From Podarcis pityusensis (taxonomy: Eukaryota): DNA of 64,000 bases. The translations under genes and the position numbers were made by a program. The notes beneath the pieces are model-generated. The model was not told where the DNA came from and did not search any database. It saw nothing but the letters and a program-made list of their open reading frames with translations. Position 1 is the first letter of the stretch; each line of letters begins with the position of its first letter. Location of the stretch: assembly GCA_964106645.2 (NCBI GenBank), contig OZ067043.1. One strand, 5' to 3'. Shown in pieces: positions 62,745 to 64,000 of this stretch.

Positions 62745-63271
62745 CCGTATTTTTCGTCCCATAGGACGCACCGGCCCATAGGACGCACCTAGTTTTTTTG
62801 GGGGGAAATAATTATTGGGTGGGAAATAAATTATTTCCCACCCAAAACCAGGTCGGGGAATCCAAACCAGGTCGGGGAACAGCGGTATGGCGGCGCTCCG
62901 CCTCCCCGCTGTCCCCCGAGCTTGTGGCGCTGCCCAATGTCTGCCCGAAGCGCGGGGCACTCTGCTTCAGCACGCCCCGCGCTCTGTGCAGCAGGCTGCT
63001 ATCCGCAGCCTAGGGAGCCCTGCGGGAACTCCCTCAGGGCTCCCCAGGCTGCGGATATCTGCCCGGCGCGCGGGGCGCTCTGCTTCAGGGCGACCCGCGC
63101 ACCGGGCAGCAGGCTGATATCCGCAACCTAGGGAGCCCTGCGGGAACTCCCATGGGCTCCCGAGGCTTGCTGATAGCTTCCTGAAGCCTGTATTCGCCCC
63201 ATAGGACGCACACAGATTTCCCCTTCATTTTTGGAGGGGAAAAAGTGTGTCCTATAGGGCGAAAAATACGG
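62745..63271 (-). mobile_element. Tc1/mariner-pogo MITE with a duplicated GC-rich hairpin cassette
   Basis: TA on both sides; TIRs ccgtatttttcg / cgaaaaatacgg; 118-bp tandem units at 62941-63058 and 63059-63176. Confidence 0.9.
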
Positions 63272-63881
63272 TATTTTATTGCCTTCAATGTTTGCCTACA
63301 GGCATTCTCTCCTTCCTCCTCCACAAGCCTCAAGTTTTCCTTGCTTAGAAAAAAAAATCCCTTAGGGATGCATTTTTAAGCTAGAGGTCAAATTAATTTG
63401 ATTTGCTTGGAAGATGTTTTTTTTTAAAAAAAAAACAAACCAGTTAGTAAGATGCTTAAGGGATATGCAAAAGCTTACTTGTGCATATATGATATATAGA
63501 TGCCTCACTAAAGTTGGATAAATAGGAATGCAAAGAAATTTCAAGGGTCCCATATATCGCAGCCTCTGTTGATGTGGGTTGCCACAAATACATTTGCCTG
63601 TGAAAATAAAGGACATTCATGTGAAACTCAGAAGCACTTATACTTTTTAGTCTTCTAATCTGCTGCTGCTTTGATTTTGCTGTCTTTGGCAGATTACGTT
63701 ATTTCAAACTGTTTCTGCTTTTGCTGTTTTACTGTTAAAGAGCCTTAGGACATTCGGTTTACACTGAAAAGTGATGTACCAATTTGAGAAATCAGGGTGT
63801 GTACTGTAAATGTGTGAAGGAGAGTGATTGCAGTCTCAGCCCAGCTTTCTGCTTGTGTGTAAACCCTGCATGTGAGTCATG

Positions 63882-63885
<4 letters not shown>

Positions 63886-63918
<33 letters not shown>
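63886..63918 (+). repeat. (TG)n microsatellite (other CA runs at 17709-17738 and 21031-21066)
   Basis: Directly visible. Confidence 0.95.
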
Positions 63919-63921
<3 letters not shown>

Positions 63922-64000
63922 TTGCTCACCTCCCTGAAACCCCATCCCACTCCAGCTTGTGGGAGGTGACAGTCTGAAGTAGGGAGCCTAATCTACCCAT

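Noticed and set aside
62941-63176. CRISPR-like repeat array
   Set aside because: Eukaryotic context; two tandem units without unique spacers inside a TA-flanked MITE.

Overview
Vertebrate genomic DNA, almost certainly a squamate and probably a lacertid lizard, inferred from its Sauria SINE, Squam3-type SINE, BovB, L2, CR1 and Penelope content. The window is mostly non-coding and repeat-rich. I can support one host protein-coding gene: an uninterrupted 360-aa class A GPCR ORF on the minus strand (44413-45495), about 0.6 kb downstream of a CpG island promoter (about 46100-47270). The receptor has an amine-receptor-like scaffold but lacks D3.32, Y7.43 and P7.50 (probably also P5.50 and Y5.58), and it carries an Asp in TM5 and a Lys in TM2. 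It looks like an orphan receptor and is the best candidate for an undescribed system here. Other content: a recent but inactivated 3.6-kb L2 LINE (EN+RT), the 5' UTR of an L1-like element running off the left edge, a fossil hAT transposase fragment, and many SINEs and MITEs with clear TSDs. There are also two Penelope fold-back mini-insertions, three retro-insertions with target-templated 5' fillers, candidate exons of a divergent lncRNA, and a 147-nt assembly gap. Family names come from recognition of motifs, not from database searches.
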